From an uncultured Nitrospiraceae bacterium (lineage in GTDB: Bacteria > Nitrospirota > UBA9217), in contig CAZPGZ010000001.1 of assembly GCA_964586075.1 (NCBI GenBank), forward strand, positions 149,099-213,098: 64,000 nt of DNA, written 5' to 3'. The notes under the pieces are model-generated. The model saw nothing but the letters and a program-made list of their open reading frames with translations. It had not been told where the DNA came from and searched no databases. Shown here piece after piece: positions 30,447 to 38,699 of this stretch; within the stretch, counting starts at the first letter, position 1; the number at the start of each line of letters is the position of its first letter. The position numbers and the translations under genes are program-made.

Positions 30447-30793
30447 AGGATTTTCGGCAAAGTGTCATGAATCTTCAGATCCGCTTATTTTCCTCGAGCA
30501 CATAAAAGTTCCTTAGCCGAAGGCCAAGGGTGCGAGAGACCTAGAATAAAACCCATGCGAAAATATAGGCGGACGACCGAGGACGAGGGTTAAACATTTC
30601 GGACTGTTTGAGCCCAAAGGGGGAGTTTCCGAAATGTACCGAGGACGACCGAGTCAGCCGTAAAGGATTTTCGCCGGGCGCCCTTCTGAGGAGGACCTTC
30701 AATCTGAGCCGAAGGCTCCTGATAAAGCGACCTCCCCGCGACTAACCCGGCCCCGGCCAAATCCGGAATCATATGTCGCAGGGGATTGGCTTA

Positions 30794-30903
30794 CCTTTCT
30801 TGGAGCGAGCAAGAAAGGTGACAAAAAGAAATCATTATGTTATTACTGTTGATTATGCAACCGCCACGCATCATTCAGAATTTATTTGTGATCAAAAGCT
30901 GTC
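30794..30903. repeat. Repeat Z1: a degenerate copy of the 3' end of the NUDIX gene, including the CCTTTCTTG...CAAGAAAGG hairpin
   Basis: It aligns to 32374..32463. The coding fragment is decayed (FDHK*ILNDAWRLHNQQ*). Confidence 0.65.
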
Positions 30904-30918
30904 ATAGAAGCGATTTGC

Positions 30919-32103
30919 TCAGAAGAGATCGAGGACTGTCTGGGCCGCCTGTGATGAGAGGCTGAGCGAGGTGGTGCCGAGCGATTCCCGGGTCTGGAGC
31001 ATCAACATGTTGGCCCCTTCCTGGTTCATGTCGGCAAGGGTAAGCTCGTCAACCCCGACCTGCAGGCTGTTGACCATGCTGGTCGTGAAATCCTCGCGCG
31101 TCGTAACAATGCTCAGATTGGAAGAGAGGCTTGCAGAGTAGTTCTGGAGGGTGGTCACGGCGGAATTCAGCTCGTTTATCGAGGCCTGTATGCCGCCGGA
31201 AGCGAGCCAGGAGTTGCTGCCGGGCGTGGTTACGGTTATGGAGTTCGGCGCGCCGGTTGTGTGGTTGAAACCGCTCGCGTCGTACTGAATCGAGACCGCG
31301 TCGCCGATGTTGAACGTGCCGGACACCACCAGGGCCCAATAGTCTCCACCAATGGAAGGCGGCTGATAACCACTGGCATCCACGGAATCGCCGGTTGCTA
31401 TTGCTCCTGTCACGGAATCGACAATTCTGTAATTGAACGGATTCGCGTTCATGAGATTTCCCAGCGCGGCCGTTACCGTGCCGGCGCCGAGCTTGACAAT
31501 GTGATAGGTAGAGTCATAACTTGACACTGTCGCCGTCTGGAGAGTTGTGACCGTGCTCGTGACGATCTGCGTGCTGCTTGCCGTGTTCGCCGCGTGCAGG
31601 CCGAGCCCGGTGCTCGAGCCGTCGAACCCGTTGATCTGAAGCGAATTCCCGCTCGTGCTGTCGAAGATGACGGTCAGATTCTGGGACGCGAGAAAGTCGG
31701 TGCCGGAATAGCCAGAGTCGCGGGACATCTGCGTGATCTGGCCCAAAATTGTGTCAAACTGCGCGGCGTAAGAGTTGATCGCAGTCGTGTCGGACGTGGC
31801 AAGCGCGGACTGGGCCAGGCCTTTTGCGGCATCGATCAGCCTGGTAATGCCGGAGATGCCGTCGTTCGCGGCCTGAATGGTGCTGACCGCGTTCGACATA
31901 GAGTCTTTCAGACCCGTCAGATTGGAGGCACGCATATTGAGCGTCTGGGCCGCGAAAAAGCTGGTGGGATTATCAAGGGCGGTGTTCACTTTTTTCCCGG
32001 TGGCAAGACGCTCCTGTGTCCTGTTCAGGAGACTTGACGTCTTCTGCAGGCTGATGAGATTCGACCTCATTCCCGTTGTCAGCGATATGTCATTGATGCC
32101 CAT
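30919..32103 (-). CDS. fliC: Flagellin (divergent FliC-like)
   Basis: Conserved flagellin N-terminal domain (...LATGKKVNTALDNPTSFFAAQ...ANDGIS) and C-terminal domain (...ANMLMLQTRESLGTTSLSLSSQAAQTVLDLF). The ATG at 32103 follows a GAGG. Confidence 0.85.
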   Translation of the reverse strand: MGINDISLTTGMRSNLISLQKTSSLLNRTQERLATGKKVNTALDNPTSFFAAQTLNMRASNLTGLKDSMSNAVSTIQAANDGISGITRLIDAAKGLAQSALATSDTTAINSYAAQFDTILGQITQMSRDSGYSGTDFLASQNLTVIFDSTSGNSLQINGFDGSSTGLGLHAANTASSTQIVTSTVTTLQTATVSSYDSTYHIVKLGAGTVTAALGNLMNANPFNYRIVDSVTGAIATGDSVDASGYQPPSIGGDYWALVVSGTFNIGDAVSIQYDASGFNHTTGAPNSITVTTPGSNSWLASGGIQASINELNSAVTTLQNYSASLSSNLSIVTTREDFTTSMVNSLQVGVDELTLADMNQEGANMLMLQTRESLGTTSLSLSSQAAQTVLDLF

Positions 32104-32223
32104 TTCCCTGGCCTCGACCTCTTGGCAGAACAATCACGCCCGATTTCTAATATCGTTGCGACCTTTCGCGTAACTAATTTAAAAAAAGCACACGAATCCC
32201 GTGTTTTGCTCTTGCTGCTATGC

Positions 32224-32250
32224 TTATCGGCAGATTGGTTGATTACTTTA
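32224..32250 (-). promoter_or_regulatory. Sigma-28 (FliA) consensus promoter upstream of the flagellin gene
   Basis: On the minus strand the sequence reads TAAA, 15 nt, GCCGATAA. This is an exact match to the sigma-28 consensus. Confidence 0.55.
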
Positions 32251-32373
32251 GGGTGATTGAGGGCGGATGGCGACGATGAGAAGTCTGAAGGGTCAACTTA
32301 AAGAGGGTGTTTTATTTTGTGTTTTTTGCCGCTATCATCGTGTTTCGTTTATTTTTTACTGCACCTTTCTTGT

Positions 32374-32463
32374 TTGCCCGAAGAAAGGTGACAAAATCCT
32401 GTTACCGTTGATTATGCAACCGCCACGCGTCATTCAGAATTTTCTTATGATCAAACGCTATCT
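32374..32463. repeat. Repeat Z2: the native 3' end of the NUDIX gene plus its downstream hairpin
   Basis: Partner of Z1. Confidence 0.65.
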
Positions 32464-32824
32464 CGGCATGCTGCCAGTCAACAACCAGCTCCGCTGCGCT
32501 CGCGTCATCGCCCGCCTTGAGAGAGGAGATGTCAGCTTCGCCGAGAAAGGCCACGGAGACAGTGTGCCTGCGGGGGTCTCTCGCAGGGTCGGAATAGACG
32601 CCAATAAGCCGCAGGTCTTTGACGATGAGGCCGGTTTCCTCGCGCGTCTCGCGACGGCACGCATCCTCAACGGTCTCCCCAACTTCCACAAAACCGCCGG
32701 GCAGCGCGTACCACCCCTTGAACGGATCGTACGCCCGCCGAATAAGAACAACTGCACCGTTGTGAAACACGACGCAGTCAACTGTCAGAAAAGGTCGTTC
32801 GTTCATAGATAGCCATGGACACAA
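32402..32824 (-). CDS. NUDIX hydrolase
   Basis: Nudix box GGFVEVGETVEDACRRETREETG. Confidence 0.85.
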   Translation of the reverse strand: MCPWLSMNERPFLTVDCVVFHNGAVVLIRRAYDPFKGWYALPGGFVEVGETVEDACRRETREETGLIVKDLRLIGVYSDPARDPRRHTVSVAFLGEADISSLKAGDDASAAELVVDWQHAEIAFDHKKILNDAWRLHNQR

Positions 32825-32842
32825 AACGCTGTCATGTTCCTG

Positions 32843-33193
32843 CTACATCTCGCGCGTCAACTGCACTACGACCTCATTCACTTTCATACCTTCATCATGG
32901 AGTGTCCAGGTCTGCGTGATGCTGTACTTGCCTTCAATGGTTATGCCATGAGCGGGCATGTGCACTTTTTTCAACGAAACGAGGTTCGGCGCTTTTTTCG
33001 ACAAGGCAAACTGCATGGTGTTGTCTCCGGATTTCGCGAGCTCCATATGAGGCTGGTTCCCGACGGAACAAGAATGGGTCATGGCAAGCTTTCCATTATT
33101 GTCATGTATACGGTTGGCCCGTCGCAAACTTTTCGACAATCGCGTTCCCTGCAGACGCGAGTTCATAAGTGACCTTTGTGCAAAAGCCTTCAT
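32843..33193 (-). CDS. Hypothetical 116-aa protein translationally coupled to the caspase gene
   Basis: Its start overlaps the caspase stop codon (ATGA-type overlap at 33193). It has no recognisable domain. Confidence 0.4.
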   Translation of the reverse strand: MKAFAQRSLMNSRLQGTRLSKSLRRANRIHDNNGKLAMTHSCSVGNQPHMELAKSGDNTMQFALSKKAPNLVSLKKVHMPAHGITIEGKYSITQTWTLHDEGMKVNEVVVQLTREM

Positions 33194-34560
33194 TATCTAT
33201 TCGGCCCGATCAATTGCGGTATTTGTTCATTGTTATACTGTTTTCTGGCTATCCGCTCCACTTGGGGTTTCATGTAGCTAAACAGATCCTGTATCGCGAG
33301 CGAGCCGTCCTGTTTTACAACATTCTCATTCTTGATTCCCTTGAGTAAAAAATAGGTAAAGAGACCGTGGCCCTTCTCGTCATAGGTCGAGCTGCTCTGT
33401 TCGCCCGAGGAAGCTGCAAGAACAGTTATGTTTTTTGCCATTACTGCGTCATGCTTGAGATTCATGACAAGAGGACGGGCGCCTTTCGCAAGGACCGATC
33501 TGCCGCCCGCGCCCGAGAAGCATGAATCAAGCACAACAATGATTTCCTTTGCCGGTAGCTTTCCCAGGGCGTCGTACATTCTCTTCAGCGAATAACCCGT
33601 CTCCGCGATAAACGTCGGGTCGCCGTCATAGGGAACAAGATAAGCATCCCCCGTCTTGGTGTTGGGAGCCCCGTGTCCCGAATAGTAGATGAAAACAGTA
33701 CTCCCGTGTTCTATATTATTCGGGAGCCATCGCTCGATGTATTTTACAAAATCCCCCAACGCCGCCCGGTCATTTGTGAGGGTAATGATGTTTTCCGCCG
33801 GATACCCCATGGCTTTCGTCAGGTAGTCGGTCACGGTCTGCGCGTCGCTCACGGCAAAATCTGCCGCGGGTAGTTTCTGGCGGTACTGCTCGATTCCGAT
33901 GACAACGGCGTACGCGTTGGGATTCGTCTTCGATTTTGTGATCTGGATGTCGTCGACATCGGATCTGATGAGCGGTTTTGCAGCCTGAGGAAGAGCATCC
34001 TGCCGGCCAAGCTTTGCCAGGATCAACGGACGGCTCTCTTCGATCCTCAGACAGAGATTTTCAATTGCCTGCACCATGGCGCTGTTCATCGGCTCGACGT
34101 CAGCGCTCGCGGAAAACCTCGTCATGCCGCCTTGTACTGTGCTTTGTCCTGAAAACGAACCGAGATCACGCCCGTCCTTCGAAATCAACGCCGCCTTCAA
34201 ATTCGCGGCGTATTGAAAAGAATTGCCTTGCCGCAAGTGGTAGGTGACGTCAATGTTCAGCACGCTGTCCGCAAGGCCGTCCAAAACACGGTCGAATGTC
34301 GAGCGGGCCGCGAGATACCGTACGATCATCCTCTTCAACGATTCCTTGTCTACAGCGATCGGGGTCACTGGATTTGGATCTTCCTCCTTGACCCCCCGAA
34401 TTTCCACATGCACCGAAAACGGCACGGGAACCAGGCTCCTTGACGGAGAATCGACGGGCGCGATCATGACCGTGCGGGACGTGGCGCACCCGCTGAGCAC
34501 AACGGCCGCAAGTAGCATCAGGATCACACTGATTGAGGATATCTTACGCGTTCTGTTCAT
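33193..34560 (-). CDS. Lipoprotein with a C-terminal caspase (peptidase C14) domain
   Basis: Lipobox (LSGC). The caspase His-Cys dyad sits in YYSGHG ... VLDSCFSGAG. An N-terminal domain of about 200 aa is unassigned. The ATG at 34560 follows a GGGGG. Confidence 0.8.
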   Translation of the reverse strand: MNRTRKISSISVILMLLAAVVLSGCATSRTVMIAPVDSPSRSLVPVPFSVHVEIRGVKEEDPNPVTPIAVDKESLKRMIVRYLAARSTFDRVLDGLADSVLNIDVTYHLRQGNSFQYAANLKAALISKDGRDLGSFSGQSTVQGGMTRFSASADVEPMNSAMVQAIENLCLRIEESRPLILAKLGRQDALPQAAKPLIRSDVDDIQITKSKTNPNAYAVVIGIEQYRQKLPAADFAVSDAQTVTDYLTKAMGYPAENIITLTNDRAALGDFVKYIERWLPNNIEHGSTVFIYYSGHGAPNTKTGDAYLVPYDGDPTFIAETGYSLKRMYDALGKLPAKEIIVVLDSCFSGAGGRSVLAKGARPLVMNLKHDAVMAKNITVLAASSGEQSSSTYDEKGHGLFTYFLLKGIKNENVVKQDGSLAIQDLFSYMKPQVERIARKQYNNEQIPQLIGPNR

Positions 34561-34814
34561 AACCTGCCCCCTGGCGGATCGTTGTGTTTGACGGACAACC
34601 AACACGCATTGTCTCTCTAAAAACCAAGCACGCAATAGCAACCCACACTTTTTATGAAATATTATATTTTTCTTTCCCGGCTTTGTAAAGTTATTTACGC
34701 CGATGTTATATGTATCCTACATTGCTGCTTACTGTGTACCTCTATCTTTTTAAAAACTTCGTCTCGCAGGGATTGACTTTTCCCTCTCTTCAATCGTATA
34801 CTTCTTCACGCGCC

Positions 34815-35411
34815 ATGAACTACCTCGCCCACATGCTCTGCAGCAACGATACTCCTGCTTCGATGCTGGGGAACCTTCTTGCCGATTTCGTAAAAGGCGA
34901 TGTGGAAGGACGTTTTCCCAGCGAAGTGGCGGAAGGCATCCGCAATCACCGCAGGGTGGACTTTTTCACCGACTCGCACGAAGTCTTTGCCGCCAGCCGC
35001 CGGCTTGTGAGCGATTCCCGGCGTCGCTACGCGGGCATCATCGTCGACGTGGTCTATGACCACTTTCTGGCAACAAACTGGGACCGATACAACTCCTTAA
35101 CGCTTGATGAGTTCGTCGACCGTGTTTATGAAAATCTGGGCCGGCATCATGTGGCTGTCCCCCACCCCGTGCCGCTGGTGATCAAGAAGATGGTCAGTGA
35201 GGACTGGCTGCGAAGCTACCGGTCCGTGGACAGCATCGACCGGACGTTCAGAAGAATCTCCCGAAGGCTGCGGCACGAAAACCCTCTGGCCACGGCCATT
35301 GAAGAACTGGAGCAAAACTACGATTCCCTGCAGGGCCATTTCCACTCCTTCTTTCCCCAGGTCGTGGGGCGGTTCTGTTCCTGCGAGGCGGCAAAAGAGT
35401 ATTATACCTGA
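34815..35411 (+). CDS. acpH: Acyl carrier protein phosphodiesterase AcpH
   Basis: MNYLAHML...GNLLADFVKG...HRRVD...DHFL matches the AcpH N-terminus and conserved blocks. Confidence 0.7.
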   Translation: MNYLAHMLCSNDTPASMLGNLLADFVKGDVEGRFPSEVAEGIRNHRRVDFFTDSHEVFAASRRLVSDSRRRYAGIIVDVVYDHFLATNWDRYNSLTLDEFVDRVYENLGRHHVAVPHPVPLVIKKMVSEDWLRSYRSVDSIDRTFRRISRRLRHENPLATAIEELEQNYDSLQGHFHSFFPQVVGRFCSCEAAKEYYT

Positions 35412-35447
35412 TCCGTCCTGCATCCCCTCCCATGCAAAGGAGCCCTT

Positions 35448-36311
35448 ATGATCGCCATTACTGGAGCAACCGGCAGGCTCGGCAGATTGGTCATCTCAGA
35501 GCTTCTTAAAAAGATGCCGCCATCCGAAATCATCGCCACAGTACGGAACGCAGATAAAGCCAGGGATCTTGCGGCCAAGGGTGTAGTGGTGCGTATCGCT
35601 GACTACAATACCCCTTCGGCCTGGGACGCCACGCTCAAGGGTGTTGATAAATTGCTTCTGATCTCTTCGAGCGAAGTGGGGCACCGGCTGAGACATCACA
35701 GCTCCGTGATCGACGCGGCAAAGCGCGCGGGTGTCACGCTCCTTGCGTACACGAGCATTCTGCGACCGGAAACCTCGGCGCTCGGTCTTGCTGGTGAAGA
35801 CAAGGATACGGAATCGTATATCCGCACATCCAACGTGCCGTATGCAATGCTTCGGTACGGCTGGTTCACTGAGAACTATACCCTGAATATTCCCGCGATC
35901 CTGAAGGCCGGGATACTGTATGGCTGCGCGGGCAATGGCCGTGTTTCCTCTGCTGCGCGGATTGACTGTGCAGAAGCGGCCACTGCTGTCCTGACCCGGC
36001 CGGACCAGGCTGGAACGGTGTATGAACTCGCTGGCGACAACGCGCACACACACGCGGAATTCGTTGAAGAAATTTCACGCCAGACAGGCAGAGCGATCAG
36101 CTATGTCGATCTGACCGAGGCGGAGTACCAGGATACTCTCAAGAAGGCGGGAATGCCGGACAAGATTGCTGCACTAATCGCTGATTTCGACACGGCAGCT
36201 TCCAAAGGCGCACTGTACGACGCAGGCCGGGCAATGAGCATGCTGATCAACAGGCCGACAACGCCGATGTCAGCCTCTATCGCAGCGGCGCTGGGGGGGC
36301 AGGATTTTTAA
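35448..36311 (+). CDS. NmrA-like / SDR-family NAD(P)H-dependent oxidoreductase
   Basis: Rossmann motif IAITGATGRLG. Confidence 0.8.
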   Translation: MIAITGATGRLGRLVISELLKKMPPSEIIATVRNADKARDLAAKGVVVRIADYNTPSAWDATLKGVDKLLLISSSEVGHRLRHHSSVIDAAKRAGVTLLAYTSILRPETSALGLAGEDKDTESYIRTSNVPYAMLRYGWFTENYTLNIPAILKAGILYGCAGNGRVSSAARIDCAEAATAVLTRPDQAGTVYELAGDNAHTHAEFVEEISRQTGRAISYVDLTEAEYQDTLKKAGMPDKIAALIADFDTAASKGALYDAGRAMSMLINRPTTPMSASIAAALGGQDF

Positions 36312-36388
36312 ACATTACTGGCGCCAACTCAACAGACGGCAGCGTTTTATGAAACCATTAGGTTGTATTTCGCCCGCGTGATGCTGTA

Positions 36389-37033
36389 TTACTTTTTTGC
36401 CGTGACAACAAATAAGGCGCTTTTCCTTCCGACTTCAGGGTGAATATTTTGAAGTGCAGTGCTTTCCCCTATTTTCATTCCACGCAGCTCGCTTTCTAAT
36501 TCATCGGACGAAAAAAAATGAAAGAGTTTGCCTGTTCCGTCATCATACGTATTCGTTTCTATTTCCTTCCATTCGTGTCTCGGATATGATTCGTCCTCCA
36601 GTGACAGCACGCTCATAAACAAGCAGCCATCTTGCTTCAGCACCCGTTTTGCCTGCGTGAGCACCGCTCCTCGTTCTTTTTCGGTCAAACAGTGGAGTGA
36701 ATTCAGCATGACCACCAGGTCAAATGAATCATTCGGCATGCTCTTCGGAATGGAATCGTGCCTGATAAAGCTGCATTTCCCTCCGGGATTTTCATTTTTA
36801 TACGACTTTGCCTTTTCGATTGCTTTGACGGAAATGTCGATTCCGGTGACGTCAAAACCTTCTTTGGTCATAAGAACGGAATAGGCGCCGTCACCGCAAC
36901 CGAAATCCAGTATTGTTTTAACCGGAACTCTATGGAGAAATTGTTGAAGCATGCTCCAGAGGGGTTCATAAATCGGCGTGGACTTGCTTTCTTCGTAGTC
37001 TTTGTCCCATGGATTTACACTATTCGCTGCCAT
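36389..37033 (-). CDS. Class I SAM-dependent methyltransferase
   Basis: Motif I ILDFGCGDG. Confidence 0.8.
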   Translation of the reverse strand: MAANSVNPWDKDYEESKSTPIYEPLWSMLQQFLHRVPVKTILDFGCGDGAYSVLMTKEGFDVTGIDISVKAIEKAKSYKNENPGGKCSFIRHDSIPKSMPNDSFDLVVMLNSLHCLTEKERGAVLTQAKRVLKQDGCLFMSVLSLEDESYPRHEWKEIETNTYDDGTGKLFHFFSSDELESELRGMKIGESTALQNIHPEVGRKSALFVVTAKK

Positions 37034-37136
37034 ATTTCTGCCTTCTTTATCCGGCTGTCAATACTTTTTCAAGAAAAAAAGTACCACCATTGCTATCTGC
37101 CTGCGGTATTGACGAGGTCCTGGCACAGTCTTCCCG

Positions 37137-37715
37137 CTATTTCAGCTTGTTTAAATAATCGGCAAGCCCCACGCGGTCATCGCGCTTATCGCGCATTTCA
37201 TTGACGATTTTTTTTACCCATACATCACCGGTTCCTGCATTCAGAACAATCTTTCTCCCCTGCTTTCCGCCCGTGTCCTCTGCTACCAGTTTCAATTTGT
37301 ATTTATCGATGAGTATGTGCGCCATTTCGATATTTTGCTTCCCTATGGACTTTGTGGGATAGGCCACCTTGAGCACATCAGCGCCGCCGAAAATTTTCAC
37401 ATCCAGCTCGTGCGGCGCGACGCCCAGAGATTGGATTGTATCGATCAGCGTTTCGGTGGAACCGGCCACATACTTGAGAGGGTTGTCTTCAGTCGCGGCA
37501 TTGCACTTTACCGGGCAGTTGTCAACACAGCAGTGATGTGTTTTTTCCATGGGAAGCTGCGCGTGAGACAACGCGGCAAGACGGCGTCGTTTGCTGTATA
37601 AAACAAAAGACAGGCACGAACCCAGAATCGTGGTTATGATAAGCGGTTTGTCGGTAATGTACGCTTCTCCGGGCATGAGCGTTACATCAGCCTTGTTTTC
37701 CAGGTCATGTCTCAT
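37137..37715 (-). CDS. cheD: Chemoreceptor glutamine deamidase CheD (orphan, far from the che operon)
   Basis: ILGSC...KIFGGA...EDTGGKQGRKI are CheD hallmarks. There is a Cys-rich insertion (HCCVDNCPVKC). Confidence 0.8.
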   Translation of the reverse strand: MRHDLENKADVTLMPGEAYITDKPLIITTILGSCLSFVLYSKRRRLAALSHAQLPMEKTHHCCVDNCPVKCNAATEDNPLKYVAGSTETLIDTIQSLGVAPHELDVKIFGGADVLKVAYPTKSIGKQNIEMAHILIDKYKLKLVAEDTGGKQGRKIVLNAGTGDVWVKKIVNEMRDKRDDRVGLADYLNKLK

Positions 37716-37735
37716 ACGCGTATCCCGCGAAGCGT

Positions 37736-38350
37736 TTATGCTTCGCCAAGCGGCGGCACAGGGAAGCTATCGCGAACAGAAACAATCGCTTTGCCGAGCC
37801 ACGCGATTGTCTGTCCAAGATGATTCATGTTGCGCATTGCTTCATCATCGCGAAGGACTTCTTCCTTGCCGAGCCCCACCCCCATGTTCCAGTAGATGGA
37901 GCCGGGCACGATCATGGAAGACATGAGGAACATGTGGTTGATGCTGTCGAACACATGCGTGGCACCGCCGCGCCGGACGGCCACGACCGCGGCGCCGATC
38001 TTTCCCTTGAGCAGGGCGCCATTGGCCAGCGACACCAATCCCGCCCGGTCAAGCAGGGCCTTCATTTCGGCAGTCACGTCTGTGAAATAGGTTGGTGAAC
38101 CGAGAATGATCGCGTCGGCGTCATACATTTTTTCCAGGTATCCGTTCATGGAATCCTGCTGTATTACGCACCGCTTGTCCTTCTTTTCAAAACATTTGAA
38201 GCAGGCCATGCACCCGCGCACGGGCTGGCCGCCGATTTTCAGGTACTCCGTGCTCCAACCCGCAGCGTTCAGCGGCTCCAGCACTTTTTTGAGCAAAATT
38301 TCCGTGTTGCCGCCTGTTCTCGGGCTGCCGTTTATTGCGATAGCTTTCAT
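37736..38350 (-). CDS. NADPH-dependent FMN reductase / iron-sulfur flavoprotein (Isf-like)
   Basis: Flavodoxin-like fold with the compact Cys motif C-x2-C-x2-C-x7-C (CMACFKCFEKKDKRC). Confidence 0.75.
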   Translation of the reverse strand: MKAIAINGSPRTGGNTEILLKKVLEPLNAAGWSTEYLKIGGQPVRGCMACFKCFEKKDKRCVIQQDSMNGYLEKMYDADAIILGSPTYFTDVTAEMKALLDRAGLVSLANGALLKGKIGAAVVAVRRGGATHVFDSINHMFLMSSMIVPGSIYWNMGVGLGKEEVLRDDEAMRNMNHLGQTIAWLGKAIVSVRDSFPVPPLGEA

Positions 38351-38443
38351 TCAAGCCTCCTTTTGTCAGGGTGCATACTGACTTCGGGACCCGCCATTGC
38401 CGGGTCCCGGCGGTCCCATGATGATCCGCTTGTTTGCTCCCGT

Positions 38444-38676
38444 CTATTGTAATGGATTATATCCGGGCTTCTTATAAAGCTTCTCCTGGTTATTCAGGAT
38501 ATCCGGTTTATACACTTTTTCCACCCAGTCTTCCGGTTTGATTTCTTCAACAGCCACGGAAACGGATTTCTCTTCACACTTGGCTATTGCCACAACATCT
38601 TTCACGATTGTTTCGACAAGCTGAGTCTTCTGCTGCTCCGATCTTCCGGGATACAGCTTACAATAATGTGGGGCAT
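38444..38676 (-). pseudogene. Tautomerase (4-oxalocrotonate tautomerase family) gene with a 1-nt frameshift
   Basis: AAGGAGG, 5 nt, then ATG CCC CAC ATT ATT GTA encodes MPHIIV. The tautomerase frame continues +1 as KLYPGRSEQQK...EDWVEKVYKPDI. One missing A in ATTGTAA(A)GCTG would restore a 77-aa intact protein. Confidence 0.55.
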
Positions 38677-38699
38677 CGCTACCTCCTTTGTTTTTCTCT

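Noticed and set aside
30360-30800. Possible tmRNA, RNase P RNA or riboswitch in the long intergenic region
   Set aside because: I found no tRNA-like acceptor/T-arm end, no tag-peptide reading frame and no recognisable riboswitch core. It is kept only as an unclassified structured element.
32267-32812. 181-aa plus-strand ORF
   Set aside because: It is antisense to the well-supported NUDIX hydrolase gene and spans the Z2 repeat, so it is spurious.
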